In this document: one piece after another, positions 35,664 through 45,312 of the stretch
Layout of the letters: each line of letters begins with the position of its first letter
Numbering within the stretch: position 1 is the first letter of the stretch
Position numbers and translations under genes: made by a program
The notes under the pieces: generated by a model
Told to the model about the DNA's origin: nothing
What the model saw: only the letters and a program-made list of their open reading frames with translations
Databases searched by the model: none
From: a virus
Lineage: Duplodnaviria; Caudoviricetes
Length of the DNA stretch: 56,583 bases
IMG/VR virus record: IMGVR_UViG_3300049182_000084
Span: 1-56,583 of that record
Direction: 5' to 3' (one strand)

Positions 35664-38129
35664 GCGCTGAATTCTGCGCGCACTGCCGCCGGCCGGCAAC
35701 CGATGACCCCGGCGCAGATACGTGCGATCGACGATCGCATGCGCGCCACGATGCGACAGCTTGCTCGCACCGACCCGCAATGGCAGTCGCTGACACCGGA
35801 CCTGCGCCTGCTGCGCGCTGCCCAGACTGCGGCCTCCGACATCGCTGCCGAGGCGACCCGCAAAGTGCAGAACGCCCAGACGCAGGCGCTGAAGACGGCC
35901 GAGACAGAGGTGCGGCTGCAGGACCAGCAGCAGCGTATGGGCTGGAGCCGCAGCAAGACCCTGGTCGACGACATGGACCAGGCCGACAAGGCGATCAACG
36001 CCATCCGCAGCGAGTACACCGGGCGACTCATGGACACCCTGGAGGCAGCAGACAGCGGGGAGGGCGCCGGACTCGGCCGCCGCGCGCTGATGCTCCTGTT
36101 CGACGCCCAGAACCCGGCAATGACCCGCGATCTGGCGGTGGAGATCTTTGCGCAGGGCAGAGCCGGCACCGGCAACACGCTGGCCGCCAAGGGCGCGAAG
36201 GCCTGGCTCGATACGATCGAGGCAATGCGCCAGCGCTTCAACGCCGCCGGCGGAGACGTCGGGAAGCTGGACTACGGCTACCTGCCGCAGCCGCACGACG
36301 AGGGCCGGATGCGCGTCGCCGGGCGTGACCGATGGGCGCAGGACACGCTGCCGCTGCTCGACCGCTCCCGCTACGTGCTCGACGACGGCAGCCGCATGAG
36401 CGACGCCGAGGTGCTCGACGTGCTGCGTGCCGTGCACGAGACGATCACCACCGACGGGATGAACAAGACCCAGCCGGGCCAGTCTCAGGGCGCCGGCGCG
36501 CGCGCGAACCGCGGCAGCGACAGCCGCGAGATCCACTTCAAGGACGGGCAGTCGTATCTGGCCTACGTCAACGAATACGGCGCTGGCTCGATGTACGACG
36601 CGATGGTCAACCACATCGGAGGCCTCGCGAAGGACATCGGCCTGGTGGAGCGCTACGGGCCGAATCCGAACGCGCAGATGAGGCTGCAGTTCGACCTGGC
36701 ACGCCGCGCCGACGGCGGCACGGCCACGCGCGTCTTCGGCATGCGGCCGCAGGCGTACTGGGAGGTTCTCTCTGGCACGACTGGCACGCCGGCATCGCCG
36801 CGGATCGCGCAGATCGGTCAGCACGTGCGCAACATCGAGACCTTCGGAAAGCTGCAGGGCGCGGTGCTGTCGTCAATCACTGACCTCGGCACCTACTTTG
36901 TGACGACGGGCTTCAACAAGCTCGGGTACTGGGAGGCACTGTCGAACATCGGCAAGGCGTTCAACGGCGACACCCGCGACTTCCTGTCCATGCACGGGAT
37001 GATCGCCGAGAGCATGAGCTCGAACCTGAACCGCTGGAGCGGCGAGCACATCCGCAATAACTGGTCCGGCCGCGTGGCCAACGCCACCATGCGCCTATCG
37101 CTCATGAACGCCTGGACCGACACCCTGCGCCACGGCTTCGCGCTCACGATGATGAATGGCTTGGCGCGGCAGACTCGCAAGGCCTGGGCGCAGCTGGACG
37201 AGTACGACCGCTTCCTGCTCCAGCGCAAGGGCATGACCGAGGATGACTGGCAGGTCCTGCAGCAGGTGCAGCTCGTGTCGCACCGAGGCCTGGACTTCCT
37301 GACGCCGGAGGCGATCAGCCAGACGGGAGACCCGCGCGCGCAGCAGGTGACGACCAAGGTGCTCAGCTACGTGTTGGACGAGTCGCAGTTCGCGATCATC
37401 AACCCGGATCTCGCCACGCGCGCCGCGGCGAGTTTCGGGGGCACGCAGGCTGGCACGGTTCGCGGTGAGGCTGCGCGCGCGGTGATGCAGTTCAAGTCCT
37501 TCCCGATCGCGATGATGTCGCGGCACTGGCGCCGGATGATCGAAACGCCGCAGGATCTGCAGGGCGCGCCGGTGATGGCAAACCGCCTGGCCTACGGTGG
37601 CGCGATGCTGGTGAGCCTCACCGCCCTTGGCGCCATCGCCTTCCAGACCAAGCAGATCGTCGGCGGCAAGGATCCGGTGGACATGACGACGGGCAAGTTC
37701 TGGCTTCGCGCGGCCGCGCAGGGCGGGGCGCTCGGCTTCTACGGCGACCTGCTGCTGGGCGACACGACATCCGATCTCACATCGAAGGATTCAATGTTCC
37801 GCCTGCTCGGGCCCGCAGCTGACAGCGGCGCTCAGCTGTGGGAGCTGACGAAGGGCAATCTCGACGAGTACCTCGCAGGCAAGGACGCGCACGCCGGCGC
37901 CGAGGCGATGCGCTTCGCGCGCGGGCACCTGCCGCTACTGAACCTCTGGTATGCGCGCTCAGCGATCGATCACATGGGGCTGCACGCGCTGCAGGAGTCA
38001 CTCTCGCCTGGTTACCTCTCACGCATGCAGCAGCGCGCGCGCAAGGAGTGGGACCAGGACTACTGGTGGCGCCCGGGTGACGGCCCCCCAGACCGCGCCC
38101 CATCGTTCTCTGAAATCGCAGGAGGCTGA
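35643..38129 (+). CDS. Large internal virion / ejection protein
   Basis: MNPRCIQA..., GYLPQPHD, SREIHFKD, MQFKSFP, GGALGFYGD. Confidence 0.8.
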   Translation: MNPRCIQALNSARTAAGRQPMTPAQIRAIDDRMRATMRQLARTDPQWQSLTPDLRLLRAAQTAASDIAAEATRKVQNAQTQALKTAETEVRLQDQQQRMGWSRSKTLVDDMDQADKAINAIRSEYTGRLMDTLEAADSGEGAGLGRRALMLLFDAQNPAMTRDLAVEIFAQGRAGTGNTLAAKGAKAWLDTIEAMRQRFNAAGGDVGKLDYGYLPQPHDEGRMRVAGRDRWAQDTLPLLDRSRYVLDDGSRMSDAEVLDVLRAVHETITTDGMNKTQPGQSQGAGARANRGSDSREIHFKDGQSYLAYVNEYGAGSMYDAMVNHIGGLAKDIGLVERYGPNPNAQMRLQFDLARRADGGTATRVFGMRPQAYWEVLSGTTGTPASPRIAQIGQHVRNIETFGKLQGAVLSSITDLGTYFVTTGFNKLGYWEALSNIGKAFNGDTRDFLSMHGMIAESMSSNLNRWSGEHIRNNWSGRVANATMRLSLMNAWTDTLRHGFALTMMNGLARQTRKAWAQLDEYDRFLLQRKGMTEDDWQVLQQVQLVSHRGLDFLTPEAISQTGDPRAQQVTTKVLSYVLDESQFAIINPDLATRAAASFGGTQAGTVRGEAARAVMQFKSFPIAMMSRHWRRMIETPQDLQGAPVMANRLAYGGAMLVSLTALGAIAFQTKQIVGGKDPVDMTTGKFWLRAAAQGGALGFYGDLLLGDTTSDLTSKDSMFRLLGPAADSGAQLWELTKGNLDEYLAGKDAHAGAEAMRFARGHLPLLNLWYARSAIDHMGLHALQESLSPGYLSRMQQRARKEWDQDYWWRPGDGPPDRAPSFSEIAGG

Positions 38130-38132
38130 TTC

Positions 38133-38528
38133 ATGCGTCAGGACCAATACGAGAAGCTGCAGGCGCTCGAGGAGAAGCTGCTCGACGTGTTCCTGGAAGA
38201 GGCCGAGCCGGAGCACTGGCCTGGCAACGGGATCAAGCTTGGCGCGATGGATGCGAAAACGCGCGGCGACCTGTACTGGGTGCGCAAGACAGCGGCATCA
38301 GCTGCCGTTCTGCGCGGCAAGGTGCTGCAGATGATCGACATGCAGCACGGCGCCGGTACCACGCCGCATGGGCCAGAGCCGACGGGCGAAGCGGACTCGG
38401 AGCAAAGCCAGCTCGACAGCGAGATCTCGAGCGCCGAGAAGGAGGCGCAGCGCCTGATCAACGAGCTGCAGCGCGGCACCAGCAAGGCGAAACGCGAGTT
38501 CGACAAGCGGGTTCATGGCAAGTCGTGA
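38133..38528 (+). CDS. Probable terminase small subunit
   Basis: 131 aa overlapping the terL start; RGDLYWVRKTA. Confidence 0.6.
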   Translation: MRQDQYEKLQALEEKLLDVFLEEAEPEHWPGNGIKLGAMDAKTRGDLYWVRKTAASAAVLRGKVLQMIDMQHGAGTTPHGPEPTGEADSEQSQLDSEISSAEKEAQRLINELQRGTSKAKREFDKRVHGKS

Positions 38529-40158
38529 CGTCGACTTCGTGACCTTCTTCATCGTCTGGGCCCGCATTCAGGGCTGGACGGTGCCGCTGCTGCATGTGCG
38601 GATCTGCGTATGGCTCGACACTTGCCTGGAGCCCGAGCGCGTCCTTATGGTGTTCCGCGGCGCGGCGAAGTCGACCATCTACGCCGTTTTCAAGGCGTAC
38701 AGGCTGTACAAGGACCGCACCCACCGCTCGCTGGTGTGGTCAGCCGACGGGCCCACCGCCGGGATGCTCACTGCGGACGTGATCAACGTTCTGCGCAACC
38801 ACCCGCTCACGCGTGGCATGCTGCCGCCGCGGCCAGGCGCGAAGCGTTTCTGGGTGACCGGCGCGCGCGATGCGCGAAACGCCAGCATGCGCGCTGTCGG
38901 CGTGAACACCAATGCCACAGGTGCTCGAGCCGATGCCGTCGACTTCGACGACATCGAGGTGCCCGGCAACATCGAGACGCCGGAAGCTCGCCTGAAGCTG
39001 CGCCAGCGCATCAGCGAGTCAACGCACATCGCTGTGCCGGGCGCGCAGCACACATACATCGGCACGCCGCACGCCCACGACTCCATCTACCCAGAGCGCA
39101 TCGCCGCAGGAGCCGCCGTGCTGAAGATCCCGCTGTTCGAGCACACGGTTCGCTTTCGCGACACCGACAAGCGCACGCGCTACCCGTTCGGGTTCCCTGT
39201 CGGCTGCGACGGGCTGTGCGTCATGGCCGGCATCCACACCGGCGCACGCCTGCTCGTCGATGGCATCGACTATCGGGTGGAGGGGTCGGAGGTGGTGTTC
39301 GCGCGGCCGCCTGGCGTCGTGCTCGACATCTGCGCCGGCTGCGCCTGGCCGGAGCGCTTCACCCGCGCCGAGATCGAGCTGCGCCGCAAGAACACCCGCA
39401 CGCTCAACGCCTGGGACTCGCAGTATCAGCTCGATGCCAAGCCGCTCACCGAGACCCGACTCGACCCCGAGAAGATTCCCCTGTACGACGTCGAGCCGCA
39501 TTTCGACCACGCCAACAAGGTACTGCGGTTCTGGCTGGGTCAGGCCCGCATCGTTGGCGCCACGCTGCGCTGGGACCCCTCGGCCGCCAAGCTCAAGAGC
39601 GACGCCTCCGCGCTCGCGCTGATGTTCCAGGATGAGCAGGGCCGGCGCTACTGGCACCGCGCGATCGCTCTGACCGGAGAGGTGGCCGAGCTCAACGAGC
39701 GCGCCGACAAGGTTACCGGCGGGCAGGTCTTCGAGATCTGCGACGTGGTCGAGAAGTTCGGCATCCGGCGGATCACAGTCGAGACCAACGGGGTCGGCGC
39801 CTTCGCACCGATGGTCCTGCGCATGGCGCTCAAGCAGCGCAACCTGCAGTGCGCCGTCATCGAAGTCCACGCCGAGCAGAACAAGAACAAGCGGATCCTG
39901 GAGGCCTTCGAGCCGCTCATCTCATCGCGCATGGTCTGGGCGCACGTCTCGGTGGCTGACGGCCCGGCGTTCGAGCAGATGAAGGACTGGAAGCCCGAGC
40001 TGCGCGACCAGGCCGACGATCACCTGGACGCCGCCAGCGGGGCAGCGGTCGATCAGCCGGAGCGCGTCGGCATCGAAACGATGCGGAACCGCATCACCAC
40101 CCCCCGGGACGATTGGCGACCAGGGGCCGGCGTGTTCGAGGCCGAACTGGAGCTGTAA
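38515..40158 (+). CDS. terL: Terminase large subunit
   Basis: Walker A FRGAAKST, TGARADAVDFDDIE, YIGTPH, WPERF, nuclease WDPS, VETNG, DDHLDA. Confidence 0.92.
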   Translation: MASRDVDFVTFFIVWARIQGWTVPLLHVRICVWLDTCLEPERVLMVFRGAAKSTIYAVFKAYRLYKDRTHRSLVWSADGPTAGMLTADVINVLRNHPLTRGMLPPRPGAKRFWVTGARDARNASMRAVGVNTNATGARADAVDFDDIEVPGNIETPEARLKLRQRISESTHIAVPGAQHTYIGTPHAHDSIYPERIAAGAAVLKIPLFEHTVRFRDTDKRTRYPFGFPVGCDGLCVMAGIHTGARLLVDGIDYRVEGSEVVFARPPGVVLDICAGCAWPERFTRAEIELRRKNTRTLNAWDSQYQLDAKPLTETRLDPEKIPLYDVEPHFDHANKVLRFWLGQARIVGATLRWDPSAAKLKSDASALALMFQDEQGRRYWHRAIALTGEVAELNERADKVTGGQVFEICDVVEKFGIRRITVETNGVGAFAPMVLRMALKQRNLQCAVIEVHAEQNKNKRILEAFEPLISSRMVWAHVSVADGPAFEQMKDWKPELRDQADDHLDAASGAAVDQPERVGIETMRNRITTPRDDWRPGAGVFEAELEL

Positions 40159-40188
40159 GGCACCGGTGCCCCCTAACCAGGGCACCAA

Positions 40189-42249
40189 ATGACCATCGGC
40201 AGCGGAACCCCGTACGACGTCCACACCGGCAACGGTGTGACGACGGTCTTCGCGTACGGATTCACTGTTCTTGCCGCGACCGACCTGGTTGCCACCGTCA
40301 ACGGCGTCACGACCAGCGTCACGGTCAACAACGTCGGCACCCCCGCAGGTGGCACCGTCGAGTTCAGCGTTGCGCCAGCGAGCGGTGCGCAGATCATCCT
40401 GGAGCGTGTGCTGACGCTAACGCGCCTAGTCGAGTACCAGACGAACGGCGACCTGCTAGCGGCCACCATCAACGCCGACATGGATCGTATGCTGATGCTG
40501 ATCCAGGGCGTCAACGCGGACACAGCGCGCTCCATTCGCGCACCGTTCCCAGAGACGATGGCTGACTTGCCGCCGGAGGCGGATCGGGCTAACCACACCC
40601 TCGGGTTCGACTCGGACGGCAACCCAACTGTGCTCACGCCAATCGCCGGCACTGCCTCCGCTGTGCTCACCGACCTTGCGAACGCGGCCAGCGCTTCGCT
40701 GGGCGCCGGCCTCGTCAAGTCGAAGTACGACCTGATCTACCCGGTGAAGTCGCTGGGCCTGGCGAGCTACGGCCGGCCGCCGTCGACTTGGGCGATGACC
40801 GATGCCGAGGTGGCCGACGTGCTGTCCAACACCGGCAGCATGGACGTCGTCGCGGCGCTGAACACCATCATCGACACGGGCTATGAAATCGACTTCACGC
40901 CCGGCACGTACGGCATCAGCGTGCCGCTCACTCCGGCGACGCAACAGACCCTGAGGGGCCGCAAGCGCGAGAAGGCCATCATCAAGGCGCTGGCCGGCTT
41001 CGCCGGCTCGGCCATGGTCAGCTACCCGAGCGGCGCCTACTCGGGCGTGACGATCGAGAACCTGAAGCTCAACGCCAACAGCATCGCCGCGCGCTGCCTG
41101 GAGATGATCGGCGTATCGCAGGGGGCGGTCGATCAGATCATCCTTCGCGACGTCGCGATGTCTCTGGCGACGGCTCGCCCGTTCCACCTGGAAAACCTGA
41201 CCTACTGGGAACTCGACCACGTCATCACCAACAGCGGCACCGACGGCGCTTTCCTGAAGTCGTGCTTCACCGGATCATCGAAGAACTGTGTCCACTACCA
41301 CGGCGCGCGCGCGGCGCTCATCCTGGAGAACTGCTCGGACAACGCGCTGTCGCACTTCGTCTGCTTCAACAACCCCGGCACGCCGAGCACGAGCCTGCTC
41401 GAGGTCGACGGTGGCCACGGCAACGTCTTCAGGGACTACACGCTCGAGCCGCAGGGTGCCGCGAACGTGACGCAGGAGCTGCTGATCAACGACACGGTGA
41501 GCGGCAACTGCACCGGCCACGAGTTCATCAGCGGCCAGCACATCGGCTTGGCGAACACGAAGACCCGGTCCGCCGTGGTCGGCGCATCCGGCACCGTCTA
41601 CCAATTGCGATTCGAGAACACGCGCATCATCAAGCCGACCGGCAACGAGTCGGTTCTGCTGACCGCGCAGGCCGAAGCCCAGTTCGTGAACTGCCGCGAC
41701 CTGGCCGCCTACGACACGCCGACGTTCAGCGCGCTGACGATCCTGAACAATTCCGGCAACCCGTATCGCACGGAGAACCTGCCGGGTCAGTTCAGCGCGC
41801 TGTCCACCGAAGGTGGCCTGACGTTCCCCGCGACCCAGGTGCCGTCGGGCGACGCCAACACGCTGGACGACTACCAGGAGAACCTGGCGACGCCACTGGA
41901 CGCGATGACGATCACGGGCAGCACCGGCGATCCGACGACGCTCGCGGCAGTGGGTGGGTTCCAGGCGCAGGCCATCAAAGTCGGCCGCCTGTTCCATCTC
42001 AAGCACAACTTCGGCGCGATCACGTGGGCCGCGCCGGGCTCGGGCACCTTCCGCATCAACCTGCCGTTCTCAGTCAACGGCATGGCCAAGATTCAGGGAA
42101 CGCTGTTCGCAACTGCCGTCGTCGGTGAAGTCAACGGAACGGTGCTGACCCTGTATGCCGCCGGCTCAGCGACGGCGCTCACCTGGGCGGCTGTTACCGG
42201 CAGCGGCTCGTCGCTGATCATCGACGTGACCGGCCACACGACCGCGTGA
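40189..42249 (+). CDS. Tailspike / tail fibre with T7 gp17-like anchor and beta-helix
   Basis: TGNGVTTVFAYGF...INADMDRMLMLIQ anchor; IDFTPGTYGIS...IENLKLNAN pectate-lyase-like helix; DANTLDDY. Confidence 0.85.
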   Translation: MTIGSGTPYDVHTGNGVTTVFAYGFTVLAATDLVATVNGVTTSVTVNNVGTPAGGTVEFSVAPASGAQIILERVLTLTRLVEYQTNGDLLAATINADMDRMLMLIQGVNADTARSIRAPFPETMADLPPEADRANHTLGFDSDGNPTVLTPIAGTASAVLTDLANAASASLGAGLVKSKYDLIYPVKSLGLASYGRPPSTWAMTDAEVADVLSNTGSMDVVAALNTIIDTGYEIDFTPGTYGISVPLTPATQQTLRGRKREKAIIKALAGFAGSAMVSYPSGAYSGVTIENLKLNANSIAARCLEMIGVSQGAVDQIILRDVAMSLATARPFHLENLTYWELDHVITNSGTDGAFLKSCFTGSSKNCVHYHGARAALILENCSDNALSHFVCFNNPGTPSTSLLEVDGGHGNVFRDYTLEPQGAANVTQELLINDTVSGNCTGHEFISGQHIGLANTKTRSAVVGASGTVYQLRFENTRIIKPTGNESVLLTAQAEAQFVNCRDLAAYDTPTFSALTILNNSGNPYRTENLPGQFSALSTEGGLTFPATQVPSGDANTLDDYQENLATPLDAMTITGSTGDPTTLAAVGGFQAQAIKVGRLFHLKHNFGAITWAAPGSGTFRINLPFSVNGMAKIQGTLFATAVVGEVNGTVLTLYAAGSATALTWAAVTGSGSSLIIDVTGHTTA

Positions 42250-42269
42250 TGCCAGCTCGGGAGCAAGCC

Positions 42270-42452
42270 GTGAGCAATCCAGAGAAGCCGCTGACCGAGG
42301 CCGACATCGAGCGCATCGCCGAGAAGGCCGCGGAGCGCGCGCTCGAGAAGGTCTACAGCCAGGTCGGCAAGTCGATCGTGACCAAGGTGCTGTGGATCGT
42401 CGGGGCCCTCGGCCTCGGGTTCGCGGCGGCGAAAGGATGGTGGAAGCCATGA
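42270..42452 (+). CDS. Small membrane protein (holin/antiholin candidate)
   Basis: LTEADIERIAEKAAERAL plus a C-terminal TM; start approximate. Confidence 0.6.
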   Translation: MSNPEKPLTEADIERIAEKAAERALEKVYSQVGKSIVTKVLWIVGALGLGFAAAKGWWKP

Positions 42453-42664
42453 GTCTCCTGAGCAACGTCGGCAAGGGCTGGCGCACCGTCATCTTCAATG
42501 CAGTGCTCGGCGCCATCACCGTCACCGACTGGCTGCTCGGCGGCGAGCTCCTCAAGCAAGTCTTCTCCGACCCGGCCGACGCCGGGATCGCGATCACCGT
42601 GGTCACCGCGATCAACCTGGTACTGCGCCGGATGACCACGACGGCTCTGGGAAGCAAGGAATGA
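42449..42664 (+). CDS. Holin candidate (2 TM)
   Basis: KGWRTVIFNAVLG...AINLVLRRMTTT. Confidence 0.65.
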   Translation: MSLLSNVGKGWRTVIFNAVLGAITVTDWLLGGELLKQVFSDPADAGIAITVVTAINLVLRRMTTTALGSKE

Positions 42665-42837
42665 AGCGAAACATCTTCCTCATGGCCGCCGCGGCGCTGC
42701 TCGCCGGCTGCGCCGACTTCCGCCTCGGTGCGGTCTGCTACCTCCCGGCCAACCACGCCGGGAACTGCCAAGTCATCCCGCCGACCACCATCAAGGTGGA
42801 GCCACCAGCGCCAGCGGCGTCCGGGGCCTCGGTGTGA
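42661..42837 (+). CDS. Small Pro-rich lipoprotein (o-spanin candidate)
   Basis: Own translation MKRNIFLMAAAALLAGCADFRLGAVCYLPANHAGNCQVIPPTTIKVEPPAPAASGASV; lipobox LAGC. Confidence 0.7.
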   Translation: MKRNIFLMAAAALLAGCADFRLGAVCYLPANHAGNCQVIPPTTIKVEPPAPAASGASV

Positions 42838-43292
42838 TTCTCGACGAGCCAGTCACCCGCAACTTCGCGCTGTCGGAGTTTGTCGTCAGCCACACGGCGG
42901 CGCGCCTGGGCATCGACAACAGCCCACCGGCAAAGGTGCTGGCGACCCTGCGCCACGTGCTGATCCCAGCCATGCAGGATGTGCGCGACCTGCTCGGCAT
43001 GCCGGTCGTCATCAAGAGCGGCTACCGCTCGCCGCAGTTGAACGCCGCGGTGCGCGGCGCCCAAGGCAGTGATCACGTCACCGGGCACGCCGCAGACTTC
43101 GTGGCGCCCGGCTACGGCACGCCGCGCGAAGTGTGTGCAGTGCTGCTTGGGCACGCCGGGATCCTGAAATGGGACCAGCTCATTTGGGAGGGTGGCTGGG
43201 TGCACATCAGCTTCTCGCCGCGCCGGCGCAACGAGGTGCTGACGGCGCACTTCACACCGAGCGGAGTGACGTACACGCAGGGGTTGGCGTGA
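42834..43292 (+). CDS. Endolysin, peptidase M15A family
   Basis: NFALSEF, SGYRSPQLN, SDHVTGHAADF, WVHISF. Confidence 0.9.
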   Translation: MILDEPVTRNFALSEFVVSHTAARLGIDNSPPAKVLATLRHVLIPAMQDVRDLLGMPVVIKSGYRSPQLNAAVRGAQGSDHVTGHAADFVAPGYGTPREVCAVLLGHAGILKWDQLIWEGGWVHISFSPRRRNEVLTAHFTPSGVTYTQGLA

Positions 43293-43534
43293 TCACCGAC
43301 CGCCTCACCGCCGAAGAGCGAGCTGCAGTCGCCATCGCACTGGACAAGACCTTCGCGCAGACCGATGAGGAACGCCTCGTCGCCGAGGTTGCCATCTGGC
43401 GGGCCATGCACATCGACAGCAACAAGCTGCAGCTGCTCGCGCACGTCGGCGTGAAGGCGATCCACGATGAGCGCGCAAGGCAGCAGCGCCTCAGGGCCGT
43501 CCGGGCCAAGGCGACGCCGCAGCCAGGGGTGTAG
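43289..43534 (+). CDS. Hypothetical protein
   Basis: GTGA overlap with the endolysin stop. Confidence 0.55.
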   Translation: MITDRLTAEERAAVAIALDKTFAQTDEERLVAEVAIWRAMHIDSNKLQLLAHVGVKAIHDERARQQRLRAVRAKATPQPGV

Positions 43535-43542
43535 GCGCCGTG

Positions 43543-43713
43543 ATGGACGTCATCGCCGTGCTGCTGGTCGTCGTCGGCGTGGCGATCGGCTGGTGTCTGC
43601 GCGGCTGCCACGAAGACGAGAAGGCCGCGGCGAGGGCTGAAGCAGCGGCGCAGCGGGCCGTTCAGCAGCCGGTCAAGGGCAAGGTACCGGCCGCGCAGGT
43701 TCAGTCGCGCTGA
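43543..43713 (+). CDS. Small N-terminally anchored membrane protein (i-spanin-like topology)
   Basis: Own translation MDVIAVLLVVVGVAIGWCLRGCHEDEKAAARAEAAAQRAVQQP... Confidence 0.5.
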   Translation: MDVIAVLLVVVGVAIGWCLRGCHEDEKAAARAEAAAQRAVQQPVKGKVPAAQVQSR

Positions 43714-43904
43714 GGCCGCGTGTTGCTCGGCATTTCGTCGCCCGGCTCGGGAAGGTTGCGCACCTCCAGCGTCCGCAGGTCCGGCTCGGCGCCGGGGAAG
43801 CGCTCCGCGGCCTGTTCGCGCGTCATCCGGTAGGTCGTCAGCCGCAGCTTGCCGGGCCGGCGCTCGTCCGGCACCCACCACTTGAAGAATTCGGTCGGCT
43901 TCAC
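43701..43904 (-). CDS. Hypothetical protein (67 aa)
   Basis: MKPTEFFKWWVPDERRPGKLRLTTYRMTREQA...; GTGA overlap with the P63C gene stop. Confidence 0.6.
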   Translation of the reverse strand: MKPTEFFKWWVPDERRPGKLRLTTYRMTREQAAERFPGAEPDLRTLEVRNLPEPGDEMPSNTRPQRD

Positions 43905-44950
43905 CGCACGTCCGTCGGGGCGCTGAAGTCCAGCTGCCCTGTGCGGTTGTAGGGCGGGTGGATCCGGTCGACGTTCGCTTGAAACTCCGCCGGCGTCCTC
44001 GACAGCTTCAGGATCGCCACAATGGAGGCAAGGTGCTCGCGCAGCTTCGGGTGGCCGATCTCCTGGCTCAGCCACTGGTGAAGCCGTGAGCGACGCTCGT
44101 GCTTGGAGGCCAGCTTCTTCAGTTCGGGCAGCAGCTCTGGAGCCAGGCGGTTGTAGACCACATCGTTGGTGATGTTCCCAAGAAAGCCGGGCCGCCAAGA
44201 CTTGTTGCCCGGGGGCGGGTAGGGAAGGTTGTAGAGCCGGAAGAGCTCCTCGTAGTAGTCGTTCGGGAAGGTCTTCATGTACGGCTGGAGCTCCTTGGCG
44301 ACGAAGGCCTCCAGAATCTTGGCGAGCGCGTCTTTCTCGCGATCGCGCTGGTAGCCGGTTGCCTCGTCGATGAGCGCGATGATCCCCACCCGAGCGAACC
44401 CGCGAACCAGCACTTCCGCCTTCTGTGCGATGTGTTCCTGGAGGTGGGTCAGAAACCCGTTCGCTCGAGCGGCCAAGATCGCATCGCAGAGATCCGCCAG
44501 GATGGTGGCCTCGTAGCCGATCCATGCTGCGTTGGCGTTGGGGGCGCGAAAGCGTATCGGGCTCGCGAGTTGCGTGGCCAGCATCGCGCATCGCAGCGCG
44601 AAGTCATGGTCACCGGCAGTGCCTGCCCGCTCGGCGAGGCCATTCATGAACAGCGCCAACCGTTGCTCGCCGGCCCGGATTGCGCCGCTGGCCGACATGC
44701 CGATGCCCGTCTGCAGGCCTGCGCGCGTCAGCACACGGCGGCCGTCCTCAAGCACGTAGCAGGGGATCGCGACATCACCGATCTTCAGCGGGTGGTCTTC
44801 CGAACCGTGCGTTGCCTTTGGCAGGGCTGCGATCTCCTTCTTCGCTGCCGCCGCTTTCTTGGCGATCTCCCGGCGTTGCTCCGCGGTCAGTTTCAGGGCT
44901 CGAGCGGCGCCGCCACGGGCGCGTCCAACGACTTTGGTGGGTTCCGGCAC
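43901..44950 (-). CDS. P63C-domain protein (antirepressor-like)
   Basis: GRARGGAARALKLTAEQRREIAKKAA, IPCYVLEDGRRVL, GIIALIDEATGYQ, KTFPNDYY, RLHQWLS; start uncertain. Confidence 0.85.
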   Translation of the reverse strand: MPEPTKVVGRARGGAARALKLTAEQRREIAKKAAAAKKEIAALPKATHGSEDHPLKIGDVAIPCYVLEDGRRVLTRAGLQTGIGMSASGAIRAGEQRLALFMNGLAERAGTAGDHDFALRCAMLATQLASPIRFRAPNANAAWIGYEATILADLCDAILAARANGFLTHLQEHIAQKAEVLVRGFARVGIIALIDEATGYQRDREKDALAKILEAFVAKELQPYMKTFPNDYYEELFRLYNLPYPPPGNKSWRPGFLGNITNDVVYNRLAPELLPELKKLASKHERRSRLHQWLSQEIGHPKLREHLASIVAILKLSRTPAEFQANVDRIHPPYNRTGQLDFSAPTDVR

Positions 44951-45066
44951 GATGCTGGTGCGGTAGTTGAGGAACCGCAAATATACATGCATCGAACCGC
45001 GATGCAAGAAGAACCACGCATTCTGCTTGCATTTTCCGCTTGATTTCGGGGTGCTGCTGGCTACCG

Positions 45067-45282
45067 TCAGAGCGCCCGCTCGGTGTCAACCGTGCCGTCC
45101 GGTCGCAGGAGCTTCGCCCGGTCACCGGCGCGCGTGCGCGTGAGGCGATACCAGCGATCCCGGGCGAGCGCCTCGGACGCGAATGGCGGGACGATGTCGT
45201 GCCCGTCCGGGCCGACGATGCGCCACTTGCCGGGCGCAGCGGGTGGCTCGGGCTTCGTGGCCTTGGGCTTGGCGGGACTCAC
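45067..45282 (-). CDS. Hypothetical protein (71 aa)
   Basis: GTG start after GGAG; fills the gap. Confidence 0.5.
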   Translation of the reverse strand: MSPAKPKATKPEPPAAPGKWRIVGPDGHDIVPPFASEALARDRWYRLTRTRAGDRAKLLRPDGTVDTERAL

Positions 45283-45312
45283 TGCAGCGCATCTCCCGTG
45301 TCCATGCCCACA

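Noticed and set aside
39142-39340. Intein in the terminase
   Set aside because: Too short and lacks the Cys/Ser start and His-Asn end; treated as a domain insertion.
40189-45300. Diversity-generating retroelement as in BPP-1
   Set aside because: No reverse transcriptase motifs and no TR/VR repeat pair noticed near the tailspike or elsewhere.
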